Source: a virus (Duplodnaviria; Caudoviricetes). Taken from it: DNA of 53,139 nucleotides. A model generated the notes under the pieces. The model saw nothing but the letters and a program-made list of their open reading frames with translations, ran no database searches and was not told where the DNA came from. Where the stretch lies: positions 1 through 53,139 of the IMG/VR virus record IMGVR_UViG_3300027779_000039. The stretch is one strand, 5' to 3'. The position numbers and the translations under genes were made by a program. This document shows positions 44,227-53,139 of the stretch, one piece after another (the stretch's first letter is position 1; each line of letters begins with the position of its first letter).

Positions 44227-45239
44227 ATTTTATGTGTGGGATACTTCTTACAGAAATCTTTTTTCTTATACGCCTTAAATTCATGAGAAGAGATTTCTTT
44301 CTTTATATCATCCCAATCAGGTCTATCTTCTGGATTCTCTGCCCAAGCAGCCTTAGCTTCTGCACCAATCTTGCCTTTATACGGACAGGGAGTTCCTGCC
44401 ATTTCCATAGCTAAATGCACTCTTTTATCTGCACAAAGCATAGCAACTGCTGCCACTTTCATTCCCATATCGTATAGACCCTTTGATAATTTTAGTCTTT
44501 CGCAGTTATCATCTCGTACACTTCTACCTGTTGATACACCAAAGAACTGCGTCTGTACTGCAGAACTAGCACCTGTGGTACACAAGTCTTGGCTGTAACT
44601 CATTATAGATGGTGCTATAGCACTTGGTGGTGCTGATTTAATTCTTTGTGTTACCTTTTGCGTAGAATCATTACGAGATACACTAGTATTATTGTTATTA
44701 GAATTGTTGGTATTTACGTTGGTATTAGAATTAACATTAGTATTATTAGCATCTACAGTAGAATTACTAGTGCTATTATTGGTGTTAGTATTCACGTTTG
44801 TGTTATTAGAATTATTATTATTTGTATTGTTTGATGTGTTAGTATTGGTATTTAAGTTTGTGTTTGTGCCTACAGAGGTACTAGATATGGTACTATTGTT
44901 AGTAACATTTTGAGTTTGGGTTATATTTGATGTTACATCAGATGTGCTATTAGTTGTATTGTTGTTGGTATTATAATTAGTGTTTGTAGCATTTGTAGTC
45001 TGGCTTATACTAGTTTGATTAATGTTAGTATTGTTGTTAGTATTTGTTCCAGTACTAGTTATGGTGTTGTTATTGGTATTTACGTTTGTATTTGCATTGG
45101 TATTATTAGAAGTTACGGTACTAGTAGTGGTGTTAGTTATGTTTGAGTCTTCACCAAATAGATTATTAGGTACAACAAGAGTTGCAACTAGTGCTACAGA
45201 TACTATTCCTACTGCTATATCTTTTATAAAGTTTTTCAC
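44214..45239 (-). CDS. Secreted protein with long Asn/Thr low-complexity stalk and Cys-rich C-terminal domain
   Basis: Hydrophobic N-terminus; about 150 aa N/T repeats; PPSAIAP..DLC..NCERLKL..GMKVAAV..LC..AGTPCP. Confidence 0.75.
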   Translation of the reverse strand: MKNFIKDIAVGIVSVALVATLVVPNNLFGEDSNITNTTTSTVTSNNTNANTNVNTNNNTITSTGTNTNNNTNINQTSISQTTNATNTNYNTNNNTTNSTSDVTSNITQTQNVTNNSTISSTSVGTNTNLNTNTNTSNNTNNNNSNNTNVNTNTNNSTSNSTVDANNTNVNSNTNVNTNNSNNNNTSVSRNDSTQKVTQRIKSAPPSAIAPSIMSYSQDLCTTGASSAVQTQFFGVSTGRSVRDDNCERLKLSKGLYDMGMKVAAVAMLCADKRVHLAMEMAGTPCPYKGKIGAEAKAAWAENPEDRPDWDDIKKEISSHEFKAYKKKDFCKKYPTHKICLD

Positions 45240-45261
45240 TGTTGCCTCCTCTTGCTTGTAA

Positions 45262-48200
45262 TTATTTATTTATACCATATTTTTCATAATCTTGTAATAA
45301 TTTATTTTTCATTTGTTGTTCTAGTTCTTCAGAGTTGTACCCATCTCTAGATAACTCATCTATTACTCCTTCACTTTCTAGTCTTAATCTTTTTTCTTGG
45401 CTCATACTTCTTATAATATTTAAATTATCATATAGGTTGTCGTCACTAAATCTATTAGCAAATCTAGCTTTTAGATGTTCTCTAGCAGAGTTTCTTATAT
45501 TGTATATAGCTGTATCTCTCCAGTACTCAGCCTTTTGATAATCATTCATATTTTTATATTCGGGGCTTTCTATATAACTTCTGTGCCCTTTTAACCCTAA
45601 ATCTATTAATTCCTTATATGCAAAAGATAAAGAAGGACTTTCATCCCATCGTACTAAATCTTGATATTGAAAATTTAATCTATCAAACTCAGCATGTTCT
45701 GGTGTTTTAGGTTTTTTGACTAAAAATCCTGTAATCTGACTTAAAATAGGACTTTCTTTTCTTTTTACACCTTCTCTAAAAGGATCTTTTGCAGGAAGCA
45801 TATCTTCAAACGTTCCTTTTCCTCCTAAAAATACTCTAAGAGGCTTAGGCATTTTAGCTTTTAACGGACCTGAAAAAGTATCAAATTTTGTGTCTCTACT
45901 TATTTCTTCTGTTTCATCCCATATAGAATATAAATCTTGTGTTTCAGCAAAAGGTGTCATAAATCCTGAAAAATAATTTCCTCCAAATTTAGCTAAAGGT
46001 GAAAAAGTTTGTTCAAGATTAGTAAACAATCCTCCTGAATCGTAAGTACTGTCTATTCTTGTAGACCCTGTTTTTACAAATAACTCATCCATAAAAGTAG
46101 CAACAGTTCCTACTCTTGCTTGAGTCCCTATACCTGCTCTAACTGCTTCTCTCCAAAAATCTTTAGCACTTTTATACGCTCTAGGTCCTTTAGTCTTTAT
46201 TACTTCTTTTTCTATTTCAGCTATAGGAACTCCATCAGCTATACGTTCTTGTATCTCTTCAAAAGAAAGAGCTCTTGATGAAGACTCTAAATGATTTCTT
46301 ATAAAGTAATCTGCCCAAAATAAATACGGAGCAACGTTAGGACCTATAGTACCTAAGCCTTGAGTTTCGCCTCTTTCATTTACTAATTCATCCCATTTCT
46401 CTCCTGCGTATTCGCTTTTTCTTGCTAATATAGCTGCCCCAAACATCATTGTTCCTACCGCTCCTTTTCCTATGTCTGAGTAGTCTTGATACGTTTTTTT
46501 AGTATTTTTATCTGCTGCTTTATAAAGTTTTCTTTTAACTATTTTAGAATACAGTGCATCACCTAATCCTATAGGACTGTACTCTATTTGAAACTTTAAA
46601 GAATTATAAAGAAATCTTGGAAAGGCTACAAAACCTGTACCAATAGCAGGGGTTGACAAAGCATCTACAAGAGGTTTTGCAATAGTATCAAATGTTGCTT
46701 TAATAGGACCTACAGATTCTGAGGCAGACCCTCTTGATCCTACACGACCTTGAAACGTAAAATCTAATGCGTCATCTATAGCTCTTTCTATAAAAGTATC
46801 ATCACTTAACCATAGTTGTTTATCAGTAAGACCATTATCCATAAAGTCTTTCCATGTTTTATATTTACCATTTTTTCCTACAATGTTTGCTCTAGTTAAT
46901 TGTCTTTCTAGTGATCCCATAAAAGCCATTCTTCTAAATAGATGTTCTTGTGTTCTATTCATTACGTTTACGGTATCGGCTAAATTTTGAACACTTTTTG
47001 TAAAAGGGGTAGAATTTTTACCTAAAGCATGGCTTATTTCAGAGTAGTTAGTAAATAAATTATGATAATGAAGTTTGTCTACGTTTGTTAATATTTCTTC
47101 AATAGCTGATCCCGCTTCACCATTGTTTATTAAATGTTTAAACATTGCAAAAGAATCAGACATTCTTACAGATCTAGTGTTTTTAGTACCCTGATAAGTA
47201 TTTACAGCATATGCTATGCTATTATCTATTAATCTAGCACCTGCATCCATAGGAAGTCTGCCTACTACAGACATAAAATTACGTACTGCTGTTTTAGGTT
47301 GAGATACCATAAGAGCTCTTCTAAAGTTGTCAGATACTCTTATAACCTCAAAATAAGGATTTCCACTCGCAGCAGCTTTTTCTAATTTAATTCTATCTCT
47401 TTCCGCTTGCTTTATAGAATAAGTAGTATTTTCTCCTATCTTTCTTGTATCTATTATTTGATTTGTATAAGTAATTTTTTCTCCAGGTCTGCCTGAAACT
47501 TTATCAAAAGAAGCAGCACCTTTTTCTATTTCTTTAGAAAATTTATTTATTTTTTGTGTAAAGTTTCCCCACGATCCTAATAGTTTACCTGCATCAGATA
47601 TAGAAGACCACCACATGTATCTAAAATCATCTATTCCTATATCGTATTTATCCATAGTTTTTTTAAAAGAACCTAAATCTAAAGGATTATTACTAGACTC
47701 GTCTAAAGCTAAAAATATTTGACGAGTAACAGAAGCTTCCTCATGTATTTCAGGAAGACCTGCTTTTTTAGCTTTAGCATTTAGTTTAGCTGCTTCTTTT
47801 TTTGTTGTAGGACCAAGTTTAAAATTATTAGTCTGCATAACTTCATCCATAGCGTACACTAAATTATCATTTATTTCAGTTTTAATTTGAGCTCTTGTGT
47901 AATCTGTTAGTCCTTCACCTATAGCACTGTCTATTATTTCTTTACCTTTTCCATCTATGTTTTTCCATAAATTATCACTTTCTTCTGCCATTTCTTTTGT
48001 TAATGTTGCTATTCTTTCTTTTGCACCAGGATTATTTAACAAGTATTCCTGTTTATTGTTGTTTATTTCAATAGCTCGTGCACCATTTTTATTTATAGTA
48101 TTTGCTGTAACATTTGCTGCTTTTCTAGCTTGCCATACTGCTAAAGGATATGCTATACCTCCTGCAAAAGCAGAAGAAACTCCACCTACAAAAAGAGCTT

Positions 48201-48972
48201 CAGGCATAGAAAAAGCCTCTCTTGTTTGTAAGTCTATATCTTTTCCTGCTGTTTCTACCCCTTGCATACCTAAATTAGTAACAGTGCCTATTGCTCCTTC
48301 TACTCCTGCAGCAATCCCTAATTGTCGCATGCCATATTTTTTAATAGCCTCTTCACTAGCAGTATCTATAAGTTTATTTGTTCCTTTTTTAGTTCCTGTT
48401 TTGTACGCACCTTTTTTTACAACTTCTTTAGCTGCTACTTTTCTAGCCTCGTTTTCAGCAAATTCTTTTATAGCTTTTTTACTAGGTGCTTTTCCTAATT
48501 GTTTTGTTTGAGCTTTTACAAATTGTTTTATAGCTTCTTGGGTAAGTTTACTTCCTGTCATCTGAGCACCTTTACCAAATCCACCAGTAAATACAGATCC
48601 CCATAAAGAAGGAGATTTAGCTAAACCTTCTAAATAATCTCCAAATGCTGTAAAACCAGATTCTGATCCACCATAACCTTCGTAAGAATCAAAAAGGTCA
48701 CGAGACTGTCTATAGTTAAGAAGTCTATCTTCTTGTTTAAAACCATTTCTTTCTTCAGTATCTCTTACATAAGATAAATCTCTAAATACAGTAAATTCAT
48801 TACCTATATCAAAAGTACGATGATGCTCTAAGAATTTTGCAGTAGCTTCTTTGCTATCTTTAATTTTAGAAGAAGTTTTTTCTCCATATACCATATCAAT
48901 AAAAGGTCTTATAACACTGTCTTGAGCCTCATCTGTAAGAAGGTATTCGTAAGTAAATTTTTTTTCTGCCAT
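45262..48972 (-). CDS. Large internal virion (ejection) protein
   Basis: 1236 aa, helical; last of the core-protein block, like T7 gp16 / P22 ejection proteins. Confidence 0.65.
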   Translation of the reverse strand: MAEKKFTYEYLLTDEAQDSVIRPFIDMVYGEKTSSKIKDSKEATAKFLEHHRTFDIGNEFTVFRDLSYVRDTEERNGFKQEDRLLNYRQSRDLFDSYEGYGGSESGFTAFGDYLEGLAKSPSLWGSVFTGGFGKGAQMTGSKLTQEAIKQFVKAQTKQLGKAPSKKAIKEFAENEARKVAAKEVVKKGAYKTGTKKGTNKLIDTASEEAIKKYGMRQLGIAAGVEGAIGTVTNLGMQGVETAGKDIDLQTREAFSMPEALFVGGVSSAFAGGIAYPLAVWQARKAANVTANTINKNGARAIEINNNKQEYLLNNPGAKERIATLTKEMAEESDNLWKNIDGKGKEIIDSAIGEGLTDYTRAQIKTEINDNLVYAMDEVMQTNNFKLGPTTKKEAAKLNAKAKKAGLPEIHEEASVTRQIFLALDESSNNPLDLGSFKKTMDKYDIGIDDFRYMWWSSISDAGKLLGSWGNFTQKINKFSKEIEKGAASFDKVSGRPGEKITYTNQIIDTRKIGENTTYSIKQAERDRIKLEKAAASGNPYFEVIRVSDNFRRALMVSQPKTAVRNFMSVVGRLPMDAGARLIDNSIAYAVNTYQGTKNTRSVRMSDSFAMFKHLINNGEAGSAIEEILTNVDKLHYHNLFTNYSEISHALGKNSTPFTKSVQNLADTVNVMNRTQEHLFRRMAFMGSLERQLTRANIVGKNGKYKTWKDFMDNGLTDKQLWLSDDTFIERAIDDALDFTFQGRVGSRGSASESVGPIKATFDTIAKPLVDALSTPAIGTGFVAFPRFLYNSLKFQIEYSPIGLGDALYSKIVKRKLYKAADKNTKKTYQDYSDIGKGAVGTMMFGAAILARKSEYAGEKWDELVNERGETQGLGTIGPNVAPYLFWADYFIRNHLESSSRALSFEEIQERIADGVPIAEIEKEVIKTKGPRAYKSAKDFWREAVRAGIGTQARVGTVATFMDELFVKTGSTRIDSTYDSGGLFTNLEQTFSPLAKFGGNYFSGFMTPFAETQDLYSIWDETEEISRDTKFDTFSGPLKAKMPKPLRVFLGGKGTFEDMLPAKDPFREGVKRKESPILSQITGFLVKKPKTPEHAEFDRLNFQYQDLVRWDESPSLSFAYKELIDLGLKGHRSYIESPEYKNMNDYQKAEYWRDTAIYNIRNSAREHLKARFANRFSDDNLYDNLNIIRSMSQEKRLRLESEGVIDELSRDGYNSEELEQQMKNKLLQDYEKYGINK

Positions 48973-48975
48973 GGA

Positions 48976-49641
48976 TTATCCTCTATCCCCACCTTGATTT
49001 TCGCCTTGATCTTCGCCTTCTATAATTCCTGTAACTGCGTTTGCTCCACGGTCTATTAACCCATCAGTAATGCCTTTTACTAAATTATTAGGAGCACCAA
49101 TAATGTCAATAACTTTATCTGCGTTAAGTTTTCCTTTTGAGAGTCCAAGATTTTTACCAAAGAAATTTAATAAATTTGTGGTAGTTGCTACTCCACTTGT
49201 TAGAACTGTCGTAGCTACATTTAGAGGACTAGTAACATCTAAATATAATTTACCTAGCTCTGCTGCGTTATCTACTTCGCCTACTAAATACTCTGATGCT
49301 TTATCTTTTGCCTTATCAAACAAAGAAGGTTTTTTTATTAAAGATCTGTCTGCAACAGTCTCGTCAGTAGAAGTTTTTAAATTAGTCTTTATCTCGTCTT
49401 TAAGAAGTTTTTTTCTTTCTGTATCTGCATAGTTATACATTTTATCATGTTCTTCTTCTCGTTCTTCAACAGACATAGAACGATCTCCTGCTAAGTCTTT
49501 TTCCATCATATTAGAGTCTTGTATACTAAAATCATAAGAATCAAGTCCGTAGCTGTTACTTCTACCTCCTAATCCTCCAAATCCTCCAAAGCGAGATCCT
49601 CCGCCTCGTGTTCCTATAACTACTGTTTCATCTATTGCCAT
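48976..49641 (-). CDS. Hypothetical (possible internal virion) protein
   Basis: 221 aa, tiled. Confidence 0.55.
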   Translation of the reverse strand: MAIDETVVIGTRGGGSRFGGFGGLGGRSNSYGLDSYDFSIQDSNMMEKDLAGDRSMSVEEREEEHDKMYNYADTERKKLLKDEIKTNLKTSTDETVADRSLIKKPSLFDKAKDKASEYLVGEVDNAAELGKLYLDVTSPLNVATTVLTSGVATTTNLLNFFGKNLGLSKGKLNADKVIDIIGAPNNLVKGITDGLIDRGANAVTGIIEGEDQGENQGGDRG

Positions 49642-51398
49642 TATTCAAGTTCTCCTAACTGTTTTGCATAGCCCATAATAGTACTATATTCTTCCATGCC
49701 GCTAATGCCTTTAATGTTGTTACCTAAAGAAACTGCTTCAGTAATTAATTCTCGTGCTCTTTCTATTTTATTTTGATTTATTTGAACTTTAACATTTCTA
49801 GCAATAGTTTTTATTCTACTTGTAGCTGCTGCAGAATCAACAGCAGAACTTACAACGCTACGTATTGTAGGGTCTTCAGCACTATCGTTACTGCTTTCCT
49901 CAATTGGAGAAACATTAAAGTCTTCTAGAAAAGGATTGTTTTCCATAGAAGATGCAACTTCATTAAAATTTTCAGTGTCAAAAACTTTATTCATAAGGTC
50001 TTGTGCTTGATTAATTTTTATGTTTCTTTCTGATTCTAATTGTTCTTCTGTAAAAGGTACTACTTTTTCAGGTCCTACTTCAGTTTCTACTTTTTCAGGT
50101 TCTACTTCAGTTTCTACTTCAGGCTCTACTTCAGTTTCTACTTCAGTTTCTTCAACGCCTCTCTCTCTTGCTTGGTTAAGTGCATATTTAGTAAATTTTA
50201 ATTTTTTTATGTTTTTTAGTACGTTTTGTGTATCTATCTCAAGAGTGCTTAATTCTGTAAATTCATCTCCATCTATAAGAGACTTATCATATGCATCTAG
50301 TATTCTTGTTTTAACTCTTTTAGTTACCTCGTTCTTTTCTATTCCTATGTCAAGTTTTTTTACTATATCTTCTCTTAAAGTCTTATAATTGGTTGTTGCT
50401 GTACGATCTGCAACTTTAGGTGGATTTAGTAAGAATTTATATTTAGTTTGTATATCTTTTCCAAGGATTGATAGCCCGTCTTGTAGTTCTTGATAATCTA
50501 TTAATATCTCTGATACTTCACCTGCATAAGCTACAGTAGGACCTACCATTACTTTATTAGTTCCACTGTTATCTGCTACAGAACCTATAACTGAAGTACC
50601 TGCATTCATAGCTATTGCAAACCATTCAGGAGCAGCTTCAGATATAAAAATTCTTCCTTGTGAATCTGGGCTAAAATAAGTTTTAAACTTTGTTGTTTGT
50701 AACTCAACATTTTTTGCAAAAATATTAGAAGCAGTTAGATACGCCACACCACTTCCTGATAAATCTCTTCCACTAAATCTTCTTTGATCTCCTTTATATA
50801 CATCTGCTATACCGTACATATTTAAAGCATTTTCTTGACTTCCTCCAAAAGCAGTAGCCTCTCCTGGTGTAATTCCATATTTTCTAGCTACTTGTTCTGC
50901 AGCATAATTAGGATCGTTTTTAAATATTTTTTGAAACATATTTCTGTCGTCTCCAGGTATTTCTTCAGGCTCAGGCTCAGGTTCAAGATTTCTTTCTAAT
51001 TCTCCTTTGTTTAGTACATATAAAGAGTTTCCATTTAAGTTAGATTGTTTATACACGTTTAGTAAATCTTTATAGTTAGTAGTAGCGTAGCCATTATCAT
51101 TTGTTTGATTAAGAAAATTTTGGTCAAGGTCATATGCCATATCATAGGCTACCTTTTCAGATACTGGTTCATTTGTTAGAGGATCAATTACGTTATCTTT
51201 TACCATATCTTGAGCTACTTTTAATAAAACATTATCATATCTAGTAACAGCAGTTTTTTTAAGTTTTAATGCTTCTATATTTTCTTTAGTAGTCTGTTCA
51301 AGAAGACTAAATCCAGCGTCTCTTTCAGTTTTTTGGTCTGCTAATCTATTTCTAACAGCAGTTGTTGTACCTGCAACTAATCCTTTAAGAATACTCAT
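49641..51398 (-). CDS. Putative internal virion protein
   Basis: 585 aa; Gly/Ala N-terminus; E/V/P tandem repeat linker at about 50055-50155. Confidence 0.55.
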   Translation of the reverse strand: MSILKGLVAGTTTAVRNRLADQKTERDAGFSLLEQTTKENIEALKLKKTAVTRYDNVLLKVAQDMVKDNVIDPLTNEPVSEKVAYDMAYDLDQNFLNQTNDNGYATTNYKDLLNVYKQSNLNGNSLYVLNKGELERNLEPEPEPEEIPGDDRNMFQKIFKNDPNYAAEQVARKYGITPGEATAFGGSQENALNMYGIADVYKGDQRRFSGRDLSGSGVAYLTASNIFAKNVELQTTKFKTYFSPDSQGRIFISEAAPEWFAIAMNAGTSVIGSVADNSGTNKVMVGPTVAYAGEVSEILIDYQELQDGLSILGKDIQTKYKFLLNPPKVADRTATTNYKTLREDIVKKLDIGIEKNEVTKRVKTRILDAYDKSLIDGDEFTELSTLEIDTQNVLKNIKKLKFTKYALNQARERGVEETEVETEVEPEVETEVEPEKVETEVGPEKVVPFTEEQLESERNIKINQAQDLMNKVFDTENFNEVASSMENNPFLEDFNVSPIEESSNDSAEDPTIRSVVSSAVDSAAATSRIKTIARNVKVQINQNKIERARELITEAVSLGNNIKGISGMEEYSTIMGYAKQLGELE

Positions 51399-51910
51399 TA
51401 TACACCCCTTGACATTATGCCTATAATAGGCTTATCTTCTACTATTACAGCTTCTTCAACATCACCTTCTATAGTATTTTCTTTTTCATTTTTTATTTCT
51501 TTAAGTCTTCGTTTAGCCTGAGCTAATAAAGGTTTTTTAACTCCTTTATCTACGCCTGTGTTTATATCTACATCTGCTTCTAAACCTATTAATGTTATCA
51601 TGGCTGCTACAGGAAACTCTATCATTTCTCCTATATCAGGATTCCATAAATTACCAAACCACCCTCCTTTAGAAATACTTTTTGCTAATAGTTTTGGAGT
51701 AGCGTTAGCTTCTAAAAGATCTATTATTTTTTCTGTTGTTTCAGGTCGTACTAATAATTCTTCTACGTAATCTAAGACTTGTTGAGGATCAGTCATTTTA
51801 GGAGGCTTATCCCAAGGAAATTTTCCTGGAGTTTCTGTAAGAGATATTCCAGGTAGAGGAGCTTTAAAAGACTCTTTTTTTTCTGTGGTAAGGGTTGCTG
51901 TTTTTTTCAT
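51398..51910 (-). CDS. Conserved hypothetical virion-region protein
   Basis: APLPGISLT..PGxxPWDKPP..WNPD motif. Confidence 0.65.
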   Translation of the reverse strand: MKKTATLTTEKKESFKAPLPGISLTETPGKFPWDKPPKMTDPQQVLDYVEELLVRPETTEKIIDLLEANATPKLLAKSISKGGWFGNLWNPDIGEMIEFPVAAMITLIGLEADVDINTGVDKGVKKPLLAQAKRRLKEIKNEKENTIEGDVEEAVIVEDKPIIGIMSRGV

Positions 51911-51918
51911 TGTGTTTC

Positions 51919-52221
51919 CTATGTAAATGATTTAACCAAAGCTGCTGCAGCCTGTTTCTTTTTTCGTTCTACTGCATTAGCGTAAGAATAATAATTAGCT
52001 ATAAATCCAGGATCAAACTTAGCTAGGTTAGCTGCTTTTCTATTTTGTTTTAAGGGCATGCTAGGAGAGCTACTAAAAAATTTACTGCTTATACCAAAAT
52101 CTTTATAACTCATTAATTGAGATTCATATACTTTTTCTCTAGCTTCTCTTGCTAAATCTGCATCAGTAGCTTTTCCATCATTTCCTGTTAGTTTATCTAT
52201 TGCGTCATTTATCCAACCCAT
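51919..52221 (-). CDS. Hypothetical protein
   Basis: 100 aa; AAGGAG RBS. Confidence 0.6.
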   Translation of the reverse strand: MGWINDAIDKLTGNDGKATDADLAREAREKVYESQLMSYKDFGISSKFFSSSPSMPLKQNRKAANLAKFDPGFIANYYSYANAVERKKKQAAAALVKSFT

Positions 52222-52232
52222 TGCGTTTCTCC

Positions 52233-53138
52233 TTATTCAGTAGGTGGAGGTTTATTATAGTCTATAACAGCACCTATTATATCTCCAATAAGACCTCCTA
52301 TGCCTGATGCTACATTATAATCCATAGTATCTTCAAAGAATTTTTGTTGTATCTCAGATTGCATTATAGCCATAGCTAAATTAAATTTTCTATCTTCATC
52401 ATTTTGTCCTGCATTCCACGCATACGTAGCTTCATCTCTATATTGTTGCCATATATCAGATAAAGCTTGATTAGATAAATTTAATAAGTTTTGAGTGTTA
52501 AATTGATTTTGTGCATTTATGCCTGCAGTATTTAAAGTATTTAACTCTCTTCTAAAATTAACATTTGACTGCTCTATTTCAATAGTATTTTTAGCATTAA
52601 ATTGTTCTCTTTGATTTTGTAATGTAGTATTAAACTGCTCTAAAGCATTTGATTGTCCTGAATTAAATTGTTCCATTGCATTTAATTGAGTAGAATTAAA
52701 CTTTCTAATGTCTGCAGTTAAATTTTCATAGAATTGTTCTACTTGGTTTTCACTAGTTGCATTAAATTGTAGTGCTGCATTTTGAGCTGCTTGATCAGAT
52801 AATAAACCTTGTTGTAGCTGTTGAGAATACAATATAGTAGCTTGTTGATCATTTGTTAGATTAGCTATATTCATAGATAAAAAGTTTTTAGCATTTTCTA
52901 CTTGAGCTGCTTGTCTATTGTTAAATTCTACATTATCCATTTGAGAATAGTTTGCAGCATTTTGTAATACACGAGCCTGATCATAATCTAGGTTATTTAA
53001 GTTTAATGATTCCAATAATTTAGAATTAGAAAATACCCGTGTCTGTTCTGCAGTAAAATCTAGGTTAGCATTTTCAGCATATCTAGATGCTTTAATTATA
53101 TTAACCTGTTGTATATTGTCAAGTTCTTTTCCCTCTAA
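52233..53138 (-). CDS. 3' part of a Gln/Asn-rich coiled-coil internal virion (ejection tube-like) protein, truncated by the window
   Basis: Frame open from the window edge (LEGKELDNIQQ...); repeated QFN motifs; hydrophobic Gly-rich C-terminus. Confidence 0.7.
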   Translation of the reverse strand, partial: LEGKELDNIQQVNIIKASRYAENANLDFTAEQTRVFSNSKLLESLNLNNLDYDQARVLQNAANYSQMDNVEFNNRQAAQVENAKNFLSMNIANLTNDQQATILYSQQLQQGLLSDQAAQNAALQFNATSENQVEQFYENLTADIRKFNSTQLNAMEQFNSGQSNALEQFNTTLQNQREQFNAKNTIEIEQSNVNFRRELNTLNTAGINAQNQFNTQNLLNLSNQALSDIWQQYRDEATYAWNAGQNDEDRKFNLAMAIMQSEIQQKFFEDTMDYNVASGIGGLIGDIIGAVIDYNKPPPTE

Positions 53139-53139
53139 A

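Noticed and set aside
50055-50155. VETEVEPE tandem repeat
   Set aside because: Ordinary in-frame low-complexity linker
42734-51770. Plus-strand ORFs such as 44646-45261 (poly-Leu/Val) and 42734-43069 (poly-Ser)
   Set aside because: Reverse complements of the Asn/Thr and Glu low-complexity coding tracts or of other long minus-strand genes
1-53139. Diversity-generating retroelement, introns/inteins or alternative genetic code
   Set aside because: No reverse transcriptase or TR/VR pair seen; core genes are uninterrupted and of normal length under the standard code

Overview
AT-rich dsDNA tailed-phage sequence (podovirus), most consistent with the marine HMO-2011-type / cobavirus-like group infecting Alphaproteobacteria. 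Evidence: a family A DNA polymerase with an inserted DnaJ-type CxxCxGxG zinc finger, split primase and helicase, a class II (B12) ribonucleotide reductase, and P22/T7-like head and tail genes. No RNA polymerase, integrase, tRNA or CRISPR was seen. The window looks like a circularly permuted, incomplete genome. A minus-strand morphogenesis arm (21.7 kb to 1, continuing 53.1 kb to 41.8 kb) and a plus-strand early/replication arm (22.2-41.5 kb) diverge at about 21.7-22.2 kb (probable physical termini) and converge at about 41.5-41.8 kb. The most striking unexplained signals are at the start of the early arm. (1) Two non-coding blocks (21.83-22.21 kb and 24.22-24.87 kb) are tiled with multi-copy look-alikes of alphaproteobacterial transcription-factor boxes: Irr/ICE, LexA GTTC-N7-GTTC, Pho-box-like, Fur-like, OmpR-like, and an unassigned 16-bp palindrome. 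(2) The palindrome GTTTAAAC occurs at least 36 times between 21.8 and 42.2 kb versus 2 seen elsewhere, with density decaying away from the putative terminus, often in hairpin loops or fused to ribosome-binding sites. Several structured RNA leaders, unannotated micro-ORFs and a secreted three-gene module were also noted. All calls come from reading the sequence by eye; no database searches were run.
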